A DNA stretch of 64,000 nucleotides. Source: Acidobacteriales bacterium 13_1_40CM_3_55_5 (GTDB lineage Bacteria; Acidobacteriota; Terriglobia; Terriglobales; Acidobacteriaceae). Below the pieces are notes generated by a model. That model did no database searches, was not told where the DNA came from, and saw only the letters and a program-made list of their open reading frames with translations. The position numbers were made by a program, and so were the translations under genes. Every line of letters starts with the position of its first letter. The first letter of the stretch is position 1. Location of the stretch: the NCBI GenBank assembly GCA_001918935.1, contig MNGW01000093.1, positions 5,302 through 69,301 on the forward strand, read 5' to 3'. This document shows positions 46,065 through 56,374 of the stretch, piece by piece.

Positions 46065-47048
46065 ATGCTTCCTTTTAAATTGGTCTACAGCAATGACTAC
46101 TACCTTCCCATCGGGGTCCACGTCTTCCCGGCCCAGAAATATCGCTACATTCACCAGCGGCTGCTGGAAACCGGGGTCGCGGAGCCGTCGGATTTCCTGG
46201 AGCCATCGTTAGCGTCCGACGAGGACGTCCTGCTGGTACATACGCCCGAGTACGTTCACAAGCTGAAGACCGGAACTCTCTCTGCACGCGAGGAGCTCCA
46301 GATGGAGGTTCCCTATTCTCCGGAATTGGTACGAGCTTTTTATCTGGCAGCGGGGGGCTCGATCCTCGCCGGCCAAAGCGCGCTGAGGGACAAGGTTGCG
46401 TTTAACATCGGCGGTGGTTTTCATCACGCATTCCCCGATCACGGTGAGGGTTTCTGCGTGATTCATGACGTGGCGGTCGCTATCCGCCGGTTGCAGCGCG
46501 ACAAGAAAATCGTGCGAGCAATGACCGTAGACTGTGACGTACACCAGGGAAACGGTACCGCCGCCATTTTTGGTGCGATGCGTGAAGTCAACGATCCACT
46601 TCCGTCAAAAGCTTCCTTTACGCCGAGCCCTGCAGATCTACGCGGTGCCACTACCGGCGACGTGTTCACGATTTCGCTTCATCAGGAAAACAATTATCCG
46701 ATGTGGAAGCCGCCATCGTCGATTGATGTGAATCTGCCGGACGGTACGGCTGACGACGATTATCTTGCCTGGCTGGACAACGCGCTCAGTTCCGGCCTGC
46801 GTCAGTTCGAGCCAGAACTAATTTGTTACATTGCGGGCGCCGACCCTTATCGCGAAGATCAGCTTGGCGGACTGGCACTCACCATCGAGGGACTCAAGCG
46901 GCGCGATGAACTGATGTTCCGGGTAGCACGGACGCGTGACATTCCGGTGATGGTGACGTTCGCTGGGGGCTACGCACGTCGCGTGGAAGATACGGTAACG
47001 ATTCACTGCAACACGGTGATTGCTGCGAAAGAAGTTTTCGGTACCTGA
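46065..47048 (+). CDS. histone deacetylase / acetoin-utilisation family deacetylase
   Basis: GGGFHHAFPDHGEGFCVIHD and DCDVHQGNGT. Confidence 0.9.
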   Translation: MLPFKLVYSNDYYLPIGVHVFPAQKYRYIHQRLLETGVAEPSDFLEPSLASDEDVLLVHTPEYVHKLKTGTLSAREELQMEVPYSPELVRAFYLAAGGSILAGQSALRDKVAFNIGGGFHHAFPDHGEGFCVIHDVAVAIRRLQRDKKIVRAMTVDCDVHQGNGTAAIFGAMREVNDPLPSKASFTPSPADLRGATTGDVFTISLHQENNYPMWKPPSSIDVNLPDGTADDDYLAWLDNALSSGLRQFEPELICYIAGADPYREDQLGGLALTIEGLKRRDELMFRVARTRDIPVMVTFAGGYARRVEDTVTIHCNTVIAAKEVFGT

Positions 47049-47101
47049 TTCGTGGGGCGGAGCACTCGTCGCCGCTGCTGCTAAAATAACTGCTGACACC
47101 T

Positions 47102-48460
47102 ATGTTTGAGAATCTTTCAGAAAAACTCCAGCGCGCGTTTAAATCCCTGCGCGGACAAGCCGTCCTCAGCCCCGAAAACATGGAGGAGGCGCTGCGGGAA
47201 ATCCGTCTGGCCCTACTTGAAGCCGACGTCAACTTCAAAGTAGTCAAGCAGTTGATCGATCACATCCAGGAGAAAGCGATCGGCCAGGAAGTGGCGACCG
47301 CACTGTCGCCGGGCGACCAGGTGATCAAGATTTTGCGTGATGAGTTGGTCGAAACCCTGGGCCGCGACACCGCGAAACTGAAATTCGCCTCCCAACCGCC
47401 AACTGTGGTGCTCATGGCGGGATTGCAAGGATCCGGCAAAACCACCACCTCGGGCAAGTTGGCAAACTGGCTGAAGAATGGCGGCCACCGTCCCTTGCTG
47501 GTTTCTGTTGACGTATATCGGCCCGCTGCCCGCGAGCAGCTCAAAGTGGTTGCCCAAGCGATCAAGGCCAACATCTACGAAGGTCAGGTTGGCGAGGCGA
47601 ATACGGCAACCGTGGAGCGTCTCGCGAAGGAAGCGCGTCGCGAAGCGATCAACACCGGTTCCGACGTTCTCATCGTGGACACTGCCGGTCGTCTACACAT
47701 CGACGATCAATTGATGGAGGAGATGCAGTCGCTCAAACGTCTGCTGAATCCCCAGGAAATTCTGTTTGTGGCTGATGCCATGACCGGTCAAGATGCGGTG
47801 CGCTCGGCGGACGAATTTCACAAAAAACTTTCGCTGACCGGCGTTGTGCTCACAAAAATGGACGGCGATGCGCGCGGTGGCGCGGCGCTTTCTATCCGCC
47901 AGGTCACAGGTCAACCGATTAAGTTCATCGGCGTAGGCGAGAAATACGACGCGCTCGAACCTTTCCATCCTGATCGAATTGTGTCGCGGATCCTCGGAAT
48001 GGGCGACATTCTCTCGCTGATCGAAAAAGCGGAACAGCAGATAGATAAGAAGAAGGCCGAGGAGATGGCCGCCAAGGCCATGACTGGGGATGGCTTCTCC
48101 CTGGAAGATTTTCGCGATCAGCTGCGCCAAGTCAAGAAAATGGGATCGCTGCAGAGTCTGATGGGAATGCTGCCCAGCATTGGGCCATTTGCAGGATTGC
48201 AGAAGGCTGCGGACAAGGTTGACGAAAAACAGCTCGGGCACGTCGAGGCCATCATCAACTCGATGACGGTTCACGAACGCCTGCATCACGAAGTCATCAA
48301 TGGCAGCCGGCGCAAGCGCATCGCCCGTGGTTCCGGCAGAACCGTGCAAGAGGTCAATAATCTGCTGCGCCAGTACGCCCAGATGCGAAAAATGTTCAAG
48401 CAGATGGGCAAACCGAGCTTCGCCAGGAAACTTGCAGGGATGAAACTACCCGGAATGTAG
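47102..48460 (+). CDS. ffh: signal recognition particle protein Ffh
   Basis: GLQGSGKTTTSGKLA, DTAGRL, TKMDGDARGGAA, and a Met-rich M domain. Confidence 0.97.
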   Translation: MFENLSEKLQRAFKSLRGQAVLSPENMEEALREIRLALLEADVNFKVVKQLIDHIQEKAIGQEVATALSPGDQVIKILRDELVETLGRDTAKLKFASQPPTVVLMAGLQGSGKTTTSGKLANWLKNGGHRPLLVSVDVYRPAAREQLKVVAQAIKANIYEGQVGEANTATVERLAKEARREAINTGSDVLIVDTAGRLHIDDQLMEEMQSLKRLLNPQEILFVADAMTGQDAVRSADEFHKKLSLTGVVLTKMDGDARGGAALSIRQVTGQPIKFIGVGEKYDALEPFHPDRIVSRILGMGDILSLIEKAEQQIDKKKAEEMAAKAMTGDGFSLEDFRDQLRQVKKMGSLQSLMGMLPSIGPFAGLQKAADKVDEKQLGHVEAIINSMTVHERLHHEVINGSRRKRIARGSGRTVQEVNNLLRQYAQMRKMFKQMGKPSFARKLAGMKLPGM

Positions 48461-48462
48461 AA

Positions 48463-48527
48463 ACCAGTGGCTAGTGGCTAGTGGTCAGTGTCCAGCTTCG
48501 AACGGCCTCGGCTTACACGCTAGCCAC
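48463..48527. repeat. GTGGCTA-type heptad array with distal complementary arm
   Basis: ccagtggctagtggctagtggtcagtg is complemented by gctagccac at 48519-48527. Confidence 0.55.
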
Positions 48528-49895
48528 AATCTCACTTCTGTATCCAATAACTTGATCACCCTGGCGCGCAAACTCCGCGTGGTCGACTACTTCACCCTGG
48601 GCTGGGGCACGATGGTTGGTGTCGGGTGGCTGGTGGTGATGTGGGACTGGCTGCTGCGCGGGGGAGTGCTGGGCGGTGTTCTAGGATTTGCTATCGGCGG
48701 CGCGCTGCTATTGCCCATCGGCTATGTGTATGGACGACTGGTGATGGTCATGCCGGATGCCGCCGGCGAAGTTGCTTACACTGCAAAAGTTTTCCCGCCT
48801 GCTATAAGCTTTGCCACCGGTTGGATGATGGTTCTCGCGTACTTTATTGTGTGTCCGTGGGAAGCAGTGGCCGTGGGCAAGATTGCGGGCTACATCTTTC
48901 CCGCACTGGATTCAATCGAGCTTTATCGCATTGGCGGACAGCCGGTCTATTTGCCGCGAGTCATTATCGGGCTGGGATTAACGGGGCTGCTGACTCTGCT
49001 AAATTATCGCGGCATCCGCTTGAGTGCGACCTTCCAGAATTGGACAGCTTTTGGAACGCTCGCGCTATTCGTTGTATTTGTTGCCTGCGGAGTGAGCAAG
49101 GGTTCGCCACGAAACTTTCCGCCTCTATTCACACACGGTGCATTCGTATCCATCCTACTGGTGATGCAAATCGTCCCCTATTATATGACGGGGTTCGAGT
49201 CGGTGGCCAAGGCCGCGGAAGAATGCAGCCCGCAGTTTCGGGCGCGCGGATTCTCGAAGGCAATTTTAATGTCGATCATTGTAGGGATTCTTTTCTATAC
49301 CATCGTCATCGCGGCTGTGGGCTACGTTGCTCCGTGGAGAGAACTTACTAACGAAAAATTCATGACTGCCGTCGTCTTTGAGAGAGCAATGGGGTCGCGC
49401 TGGATTGTCAGCGTAATTCTGGCGGCGGCGCTGCTTTCGTTATTGAAAGTGTTCAATGGAAATTTCATCGCCTCCAGCCGCTTGCTGTTCGCTATGGGAC
49501 GTCGCGGGCTACTGGATCGTCGTGTGGCAGAGATCCATCCGCGCAATCAGACGCCGGCCGTCGCCGTGGTGTGCATCGGGCTTGCTACCGCGGTGTGCAT
49601 GTTCCTCGGGGATGCCATCCTGGTGCCGATTTCTGAAGTGGGGTCAGTCGCCTCGGCGGCGGGTTGGATGGCAGCCTGTGCTGCCTACTTCCGAATGCGG
49701 CCAGCGCCGCGCGAGCGTATGGTTGCCGCTGTAGGAGTCACGGTTGGGCTGCTTATGATTCTGATGAAGGTCGTGCCAGGCATTCCCGGTCATTTCAGCG
49801 GATACGAATGGTTGGCCCTGGGAGTGTGGAGCGCGCTTGGATTAGGTCTGGGCTGGCGGCAGCGGATGGTTCGCGCCGCGGTTATTGCAAAATAA
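48474..49895 (+). CDS. APC-superfamily amino acid/polyamine permease
   Basis: About 12 TM segments with a GWGTMVGVGW-type N-terminal region. The first ~26 codons overlap a heptad repeat, so the true start is probably downstream (for example TTG 48552). Confidence 0.8.
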   Translation: MASGQCPASNGLGLHASHNLTSVSNNLITLARKLRVVDYFTLGWGTMVGVGWLVVMWDWLLRGGVLGGVLGFAIGGALLLPIGYVYGRLVMVMPDAAGEVAYTAKVFPPAISFATGWMMVLAYFIVCPWEAVAVGKIAGYIFPALDSIELYRIGGQPVYLPRVIIGLGLTGLLTLLNYRGIRLSATFQNWTAFGTLALFVVFVACGVSKGSPRNFPPLFTHGAFVSILLVMQIVPYYMTGFESVAKAAEECSPQFRARGFSKAILMSIIVGILFYTIVIAAVGYVAPWRELTNEKFMTAVVFERAMGSRWIVSVILAAALLSLLKVFNGNFIASSRLLFAMGRRGLLDRRVAEIHPRNQTPAVAVVCIGLATAVCMFLGDAILVPISEVGSVASAAGWMAACAAYFRMRPAPRERMVAAVGVTVGLLMILMKVVPGIPGHFSGYEWLALGVWSALGLGLGWRQRMVRAAVIAK

Positions 49896-49905
49896 ATTAA
49901 TCACC

Positions 49906-51615
49906 ATGAAATTTAAAAAATGTCTCCTGTTGGTTTGCCTTCTGTCACTAGGGTCGTTGCTTGCGGTTTATCTTTGGGCAGCGCCGCAGGCGTCCCCCTT
50001 CGATCTCGTGATTGTCAACGGTCACGTTATCGACGGAACCGGGTCTCCCTGGTATTCGGGAGATGTCGGAATTCGCGGCGGCAAGATCGTTGCGATCGGG
50101 ATCTTGAAAGATGCGCCGCGAACCCGAACCATCGATGCACATGGCATGGTGGTGGCGCCGGGCTTTATTGACATGCTGGGGCAATCAGAGTTGACTATTC
50201 TTGTCGATCCGCGTCTCCCGTCGAAAATTTATCAGGGCATTACGACCGAAATTACGGGCGAAGGTGGTTCGGCAGCGCCGTTGAGTGACGCCGTCATTCA
50301 GGCAGACGGCGCCGCCTATGCCCACTACCACATCACCCCGGACTGGAGAACGCTTCAGCAGTATTTCGCCCGTCTGGAAAAACAAGGCATGGGAATTAAT
50401 CTCGCCACCTACGTAGGTGCCACGCAGGTGCGCCGCATGGTCCTCGGCGATGACGATAAGCAGCCCACTGCGGCACAGCTTGAGCAAATGAGGGAACTGG
50501 TGCGCCAAGCGATGCAGGAAGGAGCGGTTGGCGTTTCGACTTCCCTGGAATACGCGCCGGCTCCTTATGCTAAGACAGAAGAATTGATTGCACTCGCCAG
50601 CGAAGCGGGAAAGTTTGGCGGGATTTACGCCACTCACATGCGCAATGAAAGCAATGCCGTGCTGCCGGCCATCGATGAAGCGATTCGCATCGGACAGGAA
50701 GGCCATCTTCCGGTGGAAATCTGGCACATCAAGGTTGCAGGAAAACAAAACTGGGGACGGATGCCCGAGGTTGTGGCGAAAATTAACGCTGCCCGCGCTG
50801 AAGGCATGGATATCAGCGCCAATACCTACGCCTATCCCGCGTGGTTCAACAGTATGTCGGCATTCATTCCGCCCTGGGCTCATGACGGCGGTGATGCCAA
50901 GCTGGTCCAACGCCTGAAAGATCCTGCGACGCGGGCGCGTATCCGTAAAGATCTGATGACGCCATCCAATGACTGGGATAACGAATGGCACGAAATCCCA
51001 GGACCTGAGGCCGTTCTGATCGGAGTAGTACAGAACCCGAAGCTGCTGCCGTTGCAAGGCAAACGACTTTCTGAGATTGCCAAGCTCTGGGGCAAGGATC
51101 CGATGGATGCATTGTTCGATCTCCTGATTGAGGACAATGCGTTCACCGAGGTCGCTGTCTTTGGCATGTCGGAACCTGATGTTGCGCTCGCGCTTCAGCA
51201 GCCTTGGGTTTCCGTGGACAACGACTCTTCGGGCACATCGCCCGAGGGAATTCTGGGGCAGGAGCATCCGCATCCCCGAGCCTATGGCACGTTCCCGCGC
51301 ATTCTTCGGAAGTATGTTCGAGAGGAGAAGAAACTTACGCTCGAAGAAGCCATTCGGAAGTTCTCGGCGTTACCGGCGCAGCGCATGCGGCTGACCGATC
51401 GTGGAGTGCTGAAGGCCGGAATGTGGGCCGACATTCTAGTCTTCGATCCGGCAACCGTGCGCGATGTGGCGACTTTCGAAAACCCGAATCAGCTATCTCA
51501 GGGCATGCAGTATGTGCTGGTGAATGGAGTGCCGGTGATTGACGAAGGAAAGATGACGGGAGCATTGCCCGGGAAAGTATTGCGAGGAGCGGGGTACGTT
51601 GGGAAAAGTGACTAG
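49906..51615 (+). CDS. N-acyl-D-amino-acid deacylase (D-aminoacylase) family amidohydrolase
   Basis: Signal peptide, then PGFIDMLGQSE and GITTEITGEGGSAAP. Confidence 0.85.
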   Translation: MKFKKCLLLVCLLSLGSLLAVYLWAAPQASPFDLVIVNGHVIDGTGSPWYSGDVGIRGGKIVAIGILKDAPRTRTIDAHGMVVAPGFIDMLGQSELTILVDPRLPSKIYQGITTEITGEGGSAAPLSDAVIQADGAAYAHYHITPDWRTLQQYFARLEKQGMGINLATYVGATQVRRMVLGDDDKQPTAAQLEQMRELVRQAMQEGAVGVSTSLEYAPAPYAKTEELIALASEAGKFGGIYATHMRNESNAVLPAIDEAIRIGQEGHLPVEIWHIKVAGKQNWGRMPEVVAKINAARAEGMDISANTYAYPAWFNSMSAFIPPWAHDGGDAKLVQRLKDPATRARIRKDLMTPSNDWDNEWHEIPGPEAVLIGVVQNPKLLPLQGKRLSEIAKLWGKDPMDALFDLLIEDNAFTEVAVFGMSEPDVALALQQPWVSVDNDSSGTSPEGILGQEHPHPRAYGTFPRILRKYVREEKKLTLEEAIRKFSALPAQRMRLTDRGVLKAGMWADILVFDPATVRDVATFENPNQLSQGMQYVLVNGVPVIDEGKMTGALPGKVLRGAGYVGKSD

Positions 51616-51657
51616 TGGCTAGTACTCACGAATTACTGGCTACTAACCACTAATCAC
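51611..51657. repeat. GTGGCTA-type heptad hairpin element
   Basis: actagtggctagtactcacgaattactggctactaaccactaatcac. Confidence 0.5.
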
Positions 51658-52253
51658 TATTTTTGCGTGATCGTGAGCTTGTGCAATCCGACTTTTGCGG
51701 TGTCGATGCGGTCAGGCAATGCAAACTTCGAATCTAGTCCAACGCCGGGATACTTTGGTTGAAGATATTTTTCGACAAACATCTGCAGAGCGAAACGGGG
51801 TATTTCCACGCCATCCAGTGAGACCGTATCCACATTCACGTATCCCTGCCCACCGGCGCCGCGGACATGCGCGGCAACCACGACATCATGAATCCCGCTA
51901 AACATTGACAACAGCGGATTAGAAGAACGGTGTCCGGCTTTGAGTTGGTCAAAATCAACCCGCGCGGTTGCGGTCACGACTTCGGGTTGACCTTGGAACA
52001 TTACCGACTGTACGCCGGCGGGAGGCTTGACCGCTCCTGAGGCGAAGTAAGCGTTGACTTCCTGCTCAGTAAATTCGGTTGGCGTCTGATCCGGCTGCGA
52101 TACCTTGGCATTGCTTTGAATGTGCTGTAACTTGCGCTCCATGCTGGCGACTGCGGCGCTCGACTTCGATGAAGAAGAAACCTGCGCTAACGGATCGTTA
52201 GTCAACGTCAAAACGGTGATGGCGCCGAGCACAAGGGTTAGGAAAAGCCTCAT
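51657..52253 (-). CDS. hypothetical secreted protein, translationally coupled to asmA-like gene
   Basis: Signal-like N-terminus. ATGA overlap with the upstream gene. Confidence 0.6.
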   Translation of the reverse strand: MRLFLTLVLGAITVLTLTNDPLAQVSSSSKSSAAVASMERKLQHIQSNAKVSQPDQTPTEFTEQEVNAYFASGAVKPPAGVQSVMFQGQPEVVTATARVDFDQLKAGHRSSNPLLSMFSGIHDVVVAAHVRGAGGQGYVNVDTVSLDGVEIPRFALQMFVEKYLQPKYPGVGLDSKFALPDRIDTAKVGLHKLTITQK

Positions 52254-54808
52254 GGTTTGAGCGCGGCCTGAGTTTCCTGAGCCTTTACCGGCGCCACACG
52301 AGGTTCAGTCAGTGGGCCGATAATGTTGAACCCGGGCGCGCCAGCGCGTACTAGTTTCAGGTCCAATGTGCGTGTCAGTGAGGCAGTGCCGCTTAATTGA
52401 TAGATGCCGCCAGGAGTCTCTAGTTTGCCTTGTTGGATCTCGAACCTGCCGTCGCGCAAGACAAGATTTCCAACCAGCCGATGGATGTGCAACGGTTCAT
52501 TTCCCTCTGCAAGTACGATATGAGGGAATAATCCGTCGCGTACTTCTACCTTCAAGCTTGCTTTCGCGGATGAAATTAATTGGGCTGCGTCTACTCCGGA
52601 AGCGCTGGCGCGATAAGTTGCCGTGGCGGTACCTGTAACCCATCCGTCACGCATTGCTTGAGCGAGTTGTTGCAGGTCGATCCCTTGCAGAGTTCCGCTA
52701 CCGCTATATTCCGGAGGTTTCACGGAGAAATCGGCTTGCCAATCCCCCAAGTGCTTGCCGCCCAGCAGATCTCCGCGCAAGTCGGACAGCCGAACTATCC
52801 CACTCTCCAATTCAACGTGGGCGGAGACCCAGGTTGCGACCAGATTCTGTATCGCGAGTCGATCGACGTTAAGTTTCCCTGTGGCATGAAGCGTGAGCAG
52901 GTAAGGAGTCGCCGTTTGCGGAGACGTTGATAAGAAACGATACCAAGGCTGTTTCCTAGGATGGGGATTTAGCGATTGATTCAATTCATGGATGTCGATC
53001 TGACTGGCATGAAGATCAAAACTCACGGGGCAGCGGTCGGGCAGAGCACAATTGCGCGGCAGTAGCAGGGAACCGCGCCATGCGCTGCTACTTAGGGAAG
53101 CGTTTATGTTTTGTACTTGAACATTCTCCGGCGTGAGCAAGAGGTTTGCAGAGGCAATTTCTACCGGCGCATTGAGGCCTCTCACTTCGGCGCGGACTGA
53201 CTGCAGTTGCACTTTCCCTGTCACCTGAGGAGCAATGAATCCGGACCAACCGCCGGCGATCTGCAGATCGACTCTGGCTACTCCATCCGCGGTGAGTTGA
53301 GGAGCGCGGAAGCCTGCCGTCCTTGCCGTCTGAAGCAGTCTCTGCACTTGAGCGTCGCCGGTGACTAGAAGACTGTATCCCGAGCGTGAAATCGAACCAC
53401 GCACCACCGCTGGGGATGGTCTCCCGAGCGCCAGATTGAACGGACCAATCTCCACTTGGGGTTCGGCCGGTGCGAATAACCTGCGCCCATTTTTCCTGCT
53501 TTGCTCTATGTTTTGCGAGACCTGGAAAGGGATCCGATCCAGCACCATTTCCGTCTTGTTGACTTTGGAGCCGATGCGAACGCCCAGGCTTTCTCCGCTG
53601 CCGTTCCACTCTGCATAACCGGCATCCTTTCGTTGTACCTTGACACTGCCATTCAACTTGCCGCTAGCCACGAGATCATCGGGAATGTCTTTCTTGGCGT
53701 GCCGTGCCAATGCAATCAGCGATTGGAGGGGGAGCTCGTTGGCGACCAGTGCCAAATCGTATGTACGAGCACCAAAGACGCCGGCGACAGCGCCATTCAC
53801 CGAGAGAGTGCCGTCACCCACCGGCGTATGGCACGCGAGGTTTGACAGAGAGTGATCAACCGAACTGTAGTGACTGCTGCACTGGGCCGCTAAACGCAAC
53901 GCGCCGCCTCCCAGAATGTCATACCGGCGGAAGTCCTGAACCGAAGTATCGGTTTCAACTTCGAGGTCCGCAGGAGTGCCGGAAAGTGTGGCCGACAACT
54001 TGAGGGTTCCACGCCAGCCTTTGTCTTTACCTGAAACTAATTTACTTACCTGCCCCAGTTGCGCTCCCGTCCATTCCATGACGAATTTAAGAGGAGTCTG
54101 GCGCAGAGTCACTGCCCTCTGCCATGAACCGTCGACGTTGACGGTGCCGGTGTCGCTCAAGTTGAAATCCATGCGTACCGGTTGTGCTTTCAGCCTCATA
54201 CCCCAGACATTTTCCGACTCCTGCCAGAGAGCGAAGTCCGCATCCATCAGTGCATAAGGTTTTTTTTCCTGCTCTAATTTCAGATTGATGCGGCCGCGAT
54301 CGGCCTCAATGTAGGGGAATCCCGGACGCGCTTCGGTGTTGGCTTTTTTCGTAGGTGCGACCGGGATCTGTGCCGCGCGTTCGAGAAGATTTTCGAGATT
54401 CCAGCGTCCTTCACGGTCACGAACCAGATTGAGGCTGGGCTCGGACAGGCTCAAGCGGGCGATCTCCAGGTGTCCCCGCAAGAGCGAACTGATTCTCAGT
54501 TCAGCCGTGACTTGTTGAGATCGAATGACCGGTTCGGCGCTGAATGCCGGATCATCATGAACCACAAAGTTCTCGAGATCGAAACCGGGATGAGGCAACA
54601 GTCGGATATGAACCGAGGAAACGTCCACCTGCCTTCCCAGAGCCATGCCAATGGCCGTAACAATCCGCGACCGCAATCGCCCCGCCCCGGGCCGAATCAA
54701 AAACAGAGCCAGAAGCAGGGCGAGAATCAAAGTAACGATTCCTACCCTCGATCGCACGAAACTTGTTTGTTTCCGACTCACTGAACTATCCGGAACGTAC
54801 GCCGCCAT
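52250..54808 (-). CDS. AsmA-family outer-membrane biogenesis protein
   Basis: N-terminal TM anchor followed by 800 aa of repetitive beta-rich sequence. LSLSEPSLNLVRDREGRWNLENLL is typical of the AsmA N-terminal domain. Confidence 0.75.
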   Translation of the reverse strand: MAAYVPDSSVSRKQTSFVRSRVGIVTLILALLLALFLIRPGAGRLRSRIVTAIGMALGRQVDVSSVHIRLLPHPGFDLENFVVHDDPAFSAEPVIRSQQVTAELRISSLLRGHLEIARLSLSEPSLNLVRDREGRWNLENLLERAAQIPVAPTKKANTEARPGFPYIEADRGRINLKLEQEKKPYALMDADFALWQESENVWGMRLKAQPVRMDFNLSDTGTVNVDGSWQRAVTLRQTPLKFVMEWTGAQLGQVSKLVSGKDKGWRGTLKLSATLSGTPADLEVETDTSVQDFRRYDILGGGALRLAAQCSSHYSSVDHSLSNLACHTPVGDGTLSVNGAVAGVFGARTYDLALVANELPLQSLIALARHAKKDIPDDLVASGKLNGSVKVQRKDAGYAEWNGSGESLGVRIGSKVNKTEMVLDRIPFQVSQNIEQSRKNGRRLFAPAEPQVEIGPFNLALGRPSPAVVRGSISRSGYSLLVTGDAQVQRLLQTARTAGFRAPQLTADGVARVDLQIAGGWSGFIAPQVTGKVQLQSVRAEVRGLNAPVEIASANLLLTPENVQVQNINASLSSSAWRGSLLLPRNCALPDRCPVSFDLHASQIDIHELNQSLNPHPRKQPWYRFLSTSPQTATPYLLTLHATGKLNVDRLAIQNLVATWVSAHVELESGIVRLSDLRGDLLGGKHLGDWQADFSVKPPEYSGSGTLQGIDLQQLAQAMRDGWVTGTATATYRASASGVDAAQLISSAKASLKVEVRDGLFPHIVLAEGNEPLHIHRLVGNLVLRDGRFEIQQGKLETPGGIYQLSGTASLTRTLDLKLVRAGAPGFNIIGPLTEPRVAPVKAQETQAALKP

Positions 54809-55575
54809 CGCGTGCCATCGAAGAAATGGATCACGACGTGGGCCAGGAACTTAAGCCGCTCGCTGACTTCTTTCTGTAAATATTGGTTAGGCGGCGTCTC
54901 GAATGACCAATAAACAAACATGGGTCGCCCGATCACATTTTCCTTGGGAATGAATCCCCAATAGCGGCTGTCGTAGCTTACGTCGCGGTTGTCGCCCATG
55001 CCGAAATAACTGTCCGGAGGTACTACCAGATCGTCGCCCTGGATGTGCTGCTTCATCAGCAGTTGCCATTCCGGCGTGACGCTGTTGAAATCCGCTGGTG
55101 GCACGGCAGGAAAATTGTCGCGATAGGGATTGTAACCATCTTTAGTTTTGTGGATGACATAAGGCTCATCCAACTTTTCACCATTGCGATAGACCACGCC
55201 ATCGCGCAGATGAATACGGTCCCCGGGGATACCCATGATCCTCTTAACTACATACAACCCCGGTTCCGCCGGCGAAAGGAAGACCACGATGTCACCACGT
55301 CGAATCTGGCGGTAGGGGAGTAGGGAGCCAGTCCAATGCGTAGCTGGCGCGAACTGCTCACGATTGACAAAAACATGGTCACCGATGAGCAAGGTATTTT
55401 CCATGGAACTGGAGGGAATCTCGAAAGCCTGCACGAGGAACGTGATAATGAACAGGCCGGTCACCAGGACGGCTGACAATGAGGCGAGAAACTCCACTGT
55501 GGTCTCGCGCGGTTTTTCAGCCTGCTTGGTTTCTTTTTTTGCCACTACGACTTGTCCTGTCGAACGGGCATTCAT
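54778..55575 (-). CDS. lepB: signal peptidase I
   Basis: IPSSSMENTLLIGD, VKRIMGIPGD and GDNRDVSYDSRYWG. Start placed at the internal Met. Confidence 0.9.
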   Translation of the reverse strand: MNARSTGQVVVAKKETKQAEKPRETTVEFLASLSAVLVTGLFIITFLVQAFEIPSSSMENTLLIGDHVFVNREQFAPATHWTGSLLPYRQIRRGDIVVFLSPAEPGLYVVKRIMGIPGDRIHLRDGVVYRNGEKLDEPYVIHKTKDGYNPYRDNFPAVPPADFNSVTPEWQLLMKQHIQGDDLVVPPDSYFGMGDNRDVSYDSRYWGFIPKENVIGRPMFVYWSFETPPNQYLQKEVSERLKFLAHVVIHFFDGTRWRRTFRIVQ

Positions 55576-55582
55576 ACGTTCC

Positions 55583-56374
55583 TTAGTTGACCAATCGAAA
55601 TGTGCGATCCCAACGGGTGATCTGAAAAATGTGGCTGACGGCGTAAGCGAAGTGGAAAAGTCTATCACCCGGCGAAGCAGTGACTGGCATGTCCTGATCG
55701 ATATTCCGCACCGACCAGTAAATGAGCAGAGGACGCCCAATCACATTTTCCCTGGGGACGAAGCCCCAGTATCGGCTGTCCAGGCTTTCGTCGCGATTAT
55801 CACCAAGCACGAAATAATGTCCTTCGGGCACAATCAGTTCGCCATCTTCCACTAGTTTCTTCATTTGCAGCCACCAGCGCCCCTCCAGCCCGGGAACCGG
55901 GATATTCAAGCGAGGGAACTCGTCGCGAAAAGCATCATGCACCCGAGAACTGAAACGCACATAGGCTTCGTCCGTAGGAACGCCATTTACGTACACACGT
56001 CGATTGATCAGGCGGACCCGGTCGCCTGGAACGCCTACCACACGTTTCACAAAATGCTGGGTGGGATTTACGGGATAACGGAAAACGATAATATCGCCGC
56101 GGCGCAGCCGCCGGTAAGGCATCAGAGGATCCCAGAACCCTCCGCCGCCGTATCGTAATTTGTCCACCAGCAGGTAATCGCCAATCAATAACGTGTTCTC
56201 CATAGATTCTGAGGGTATCTGGAAAGCCTGCACCACGAACGTAATCACAAAGACAGCAATGACCACAGTCGCCAGCAGCGATTGCATGGAGCTGAGTCCA
56301 TCTGTCGGCGGCTTCTTTGGCGCCACTTCGGTTACGATCGGATTAACAACGTCCCCTGCTTGAAGAACGGCCAT
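55583..56374 (-). CDS. lepB: signal peptidase I (tandem paralog)
   Basis: IPSESMENTLLIGD, VKRVVGVPGD and GDNRDESLDSRYWG. Confidence 0.9.
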   Translation of the reverse strand: MAVLQAGDVVNPIVTEVAPKKPPTDGLSSMQSLLATVVIAVFVITFVVQAFQIPSESMENTLLIGDYLLVDKLRYGGGGFWDPLMPYRRLRRGDIIVFRYPVNPTQHFVKRVVGVPGDRVRLINRRVYVNGVPTDEAYVRFSSRVHDAFRDEFPRLNIPVPGLEGRWWLQMKKLVEDGELIVPEGHYFVLGDNRDESLDSRYWGFVPRENVIGRPLLIYWSVRNIDQDMPVTASPGDRLFHFAYAVSHIFQITRWDRTFRLVN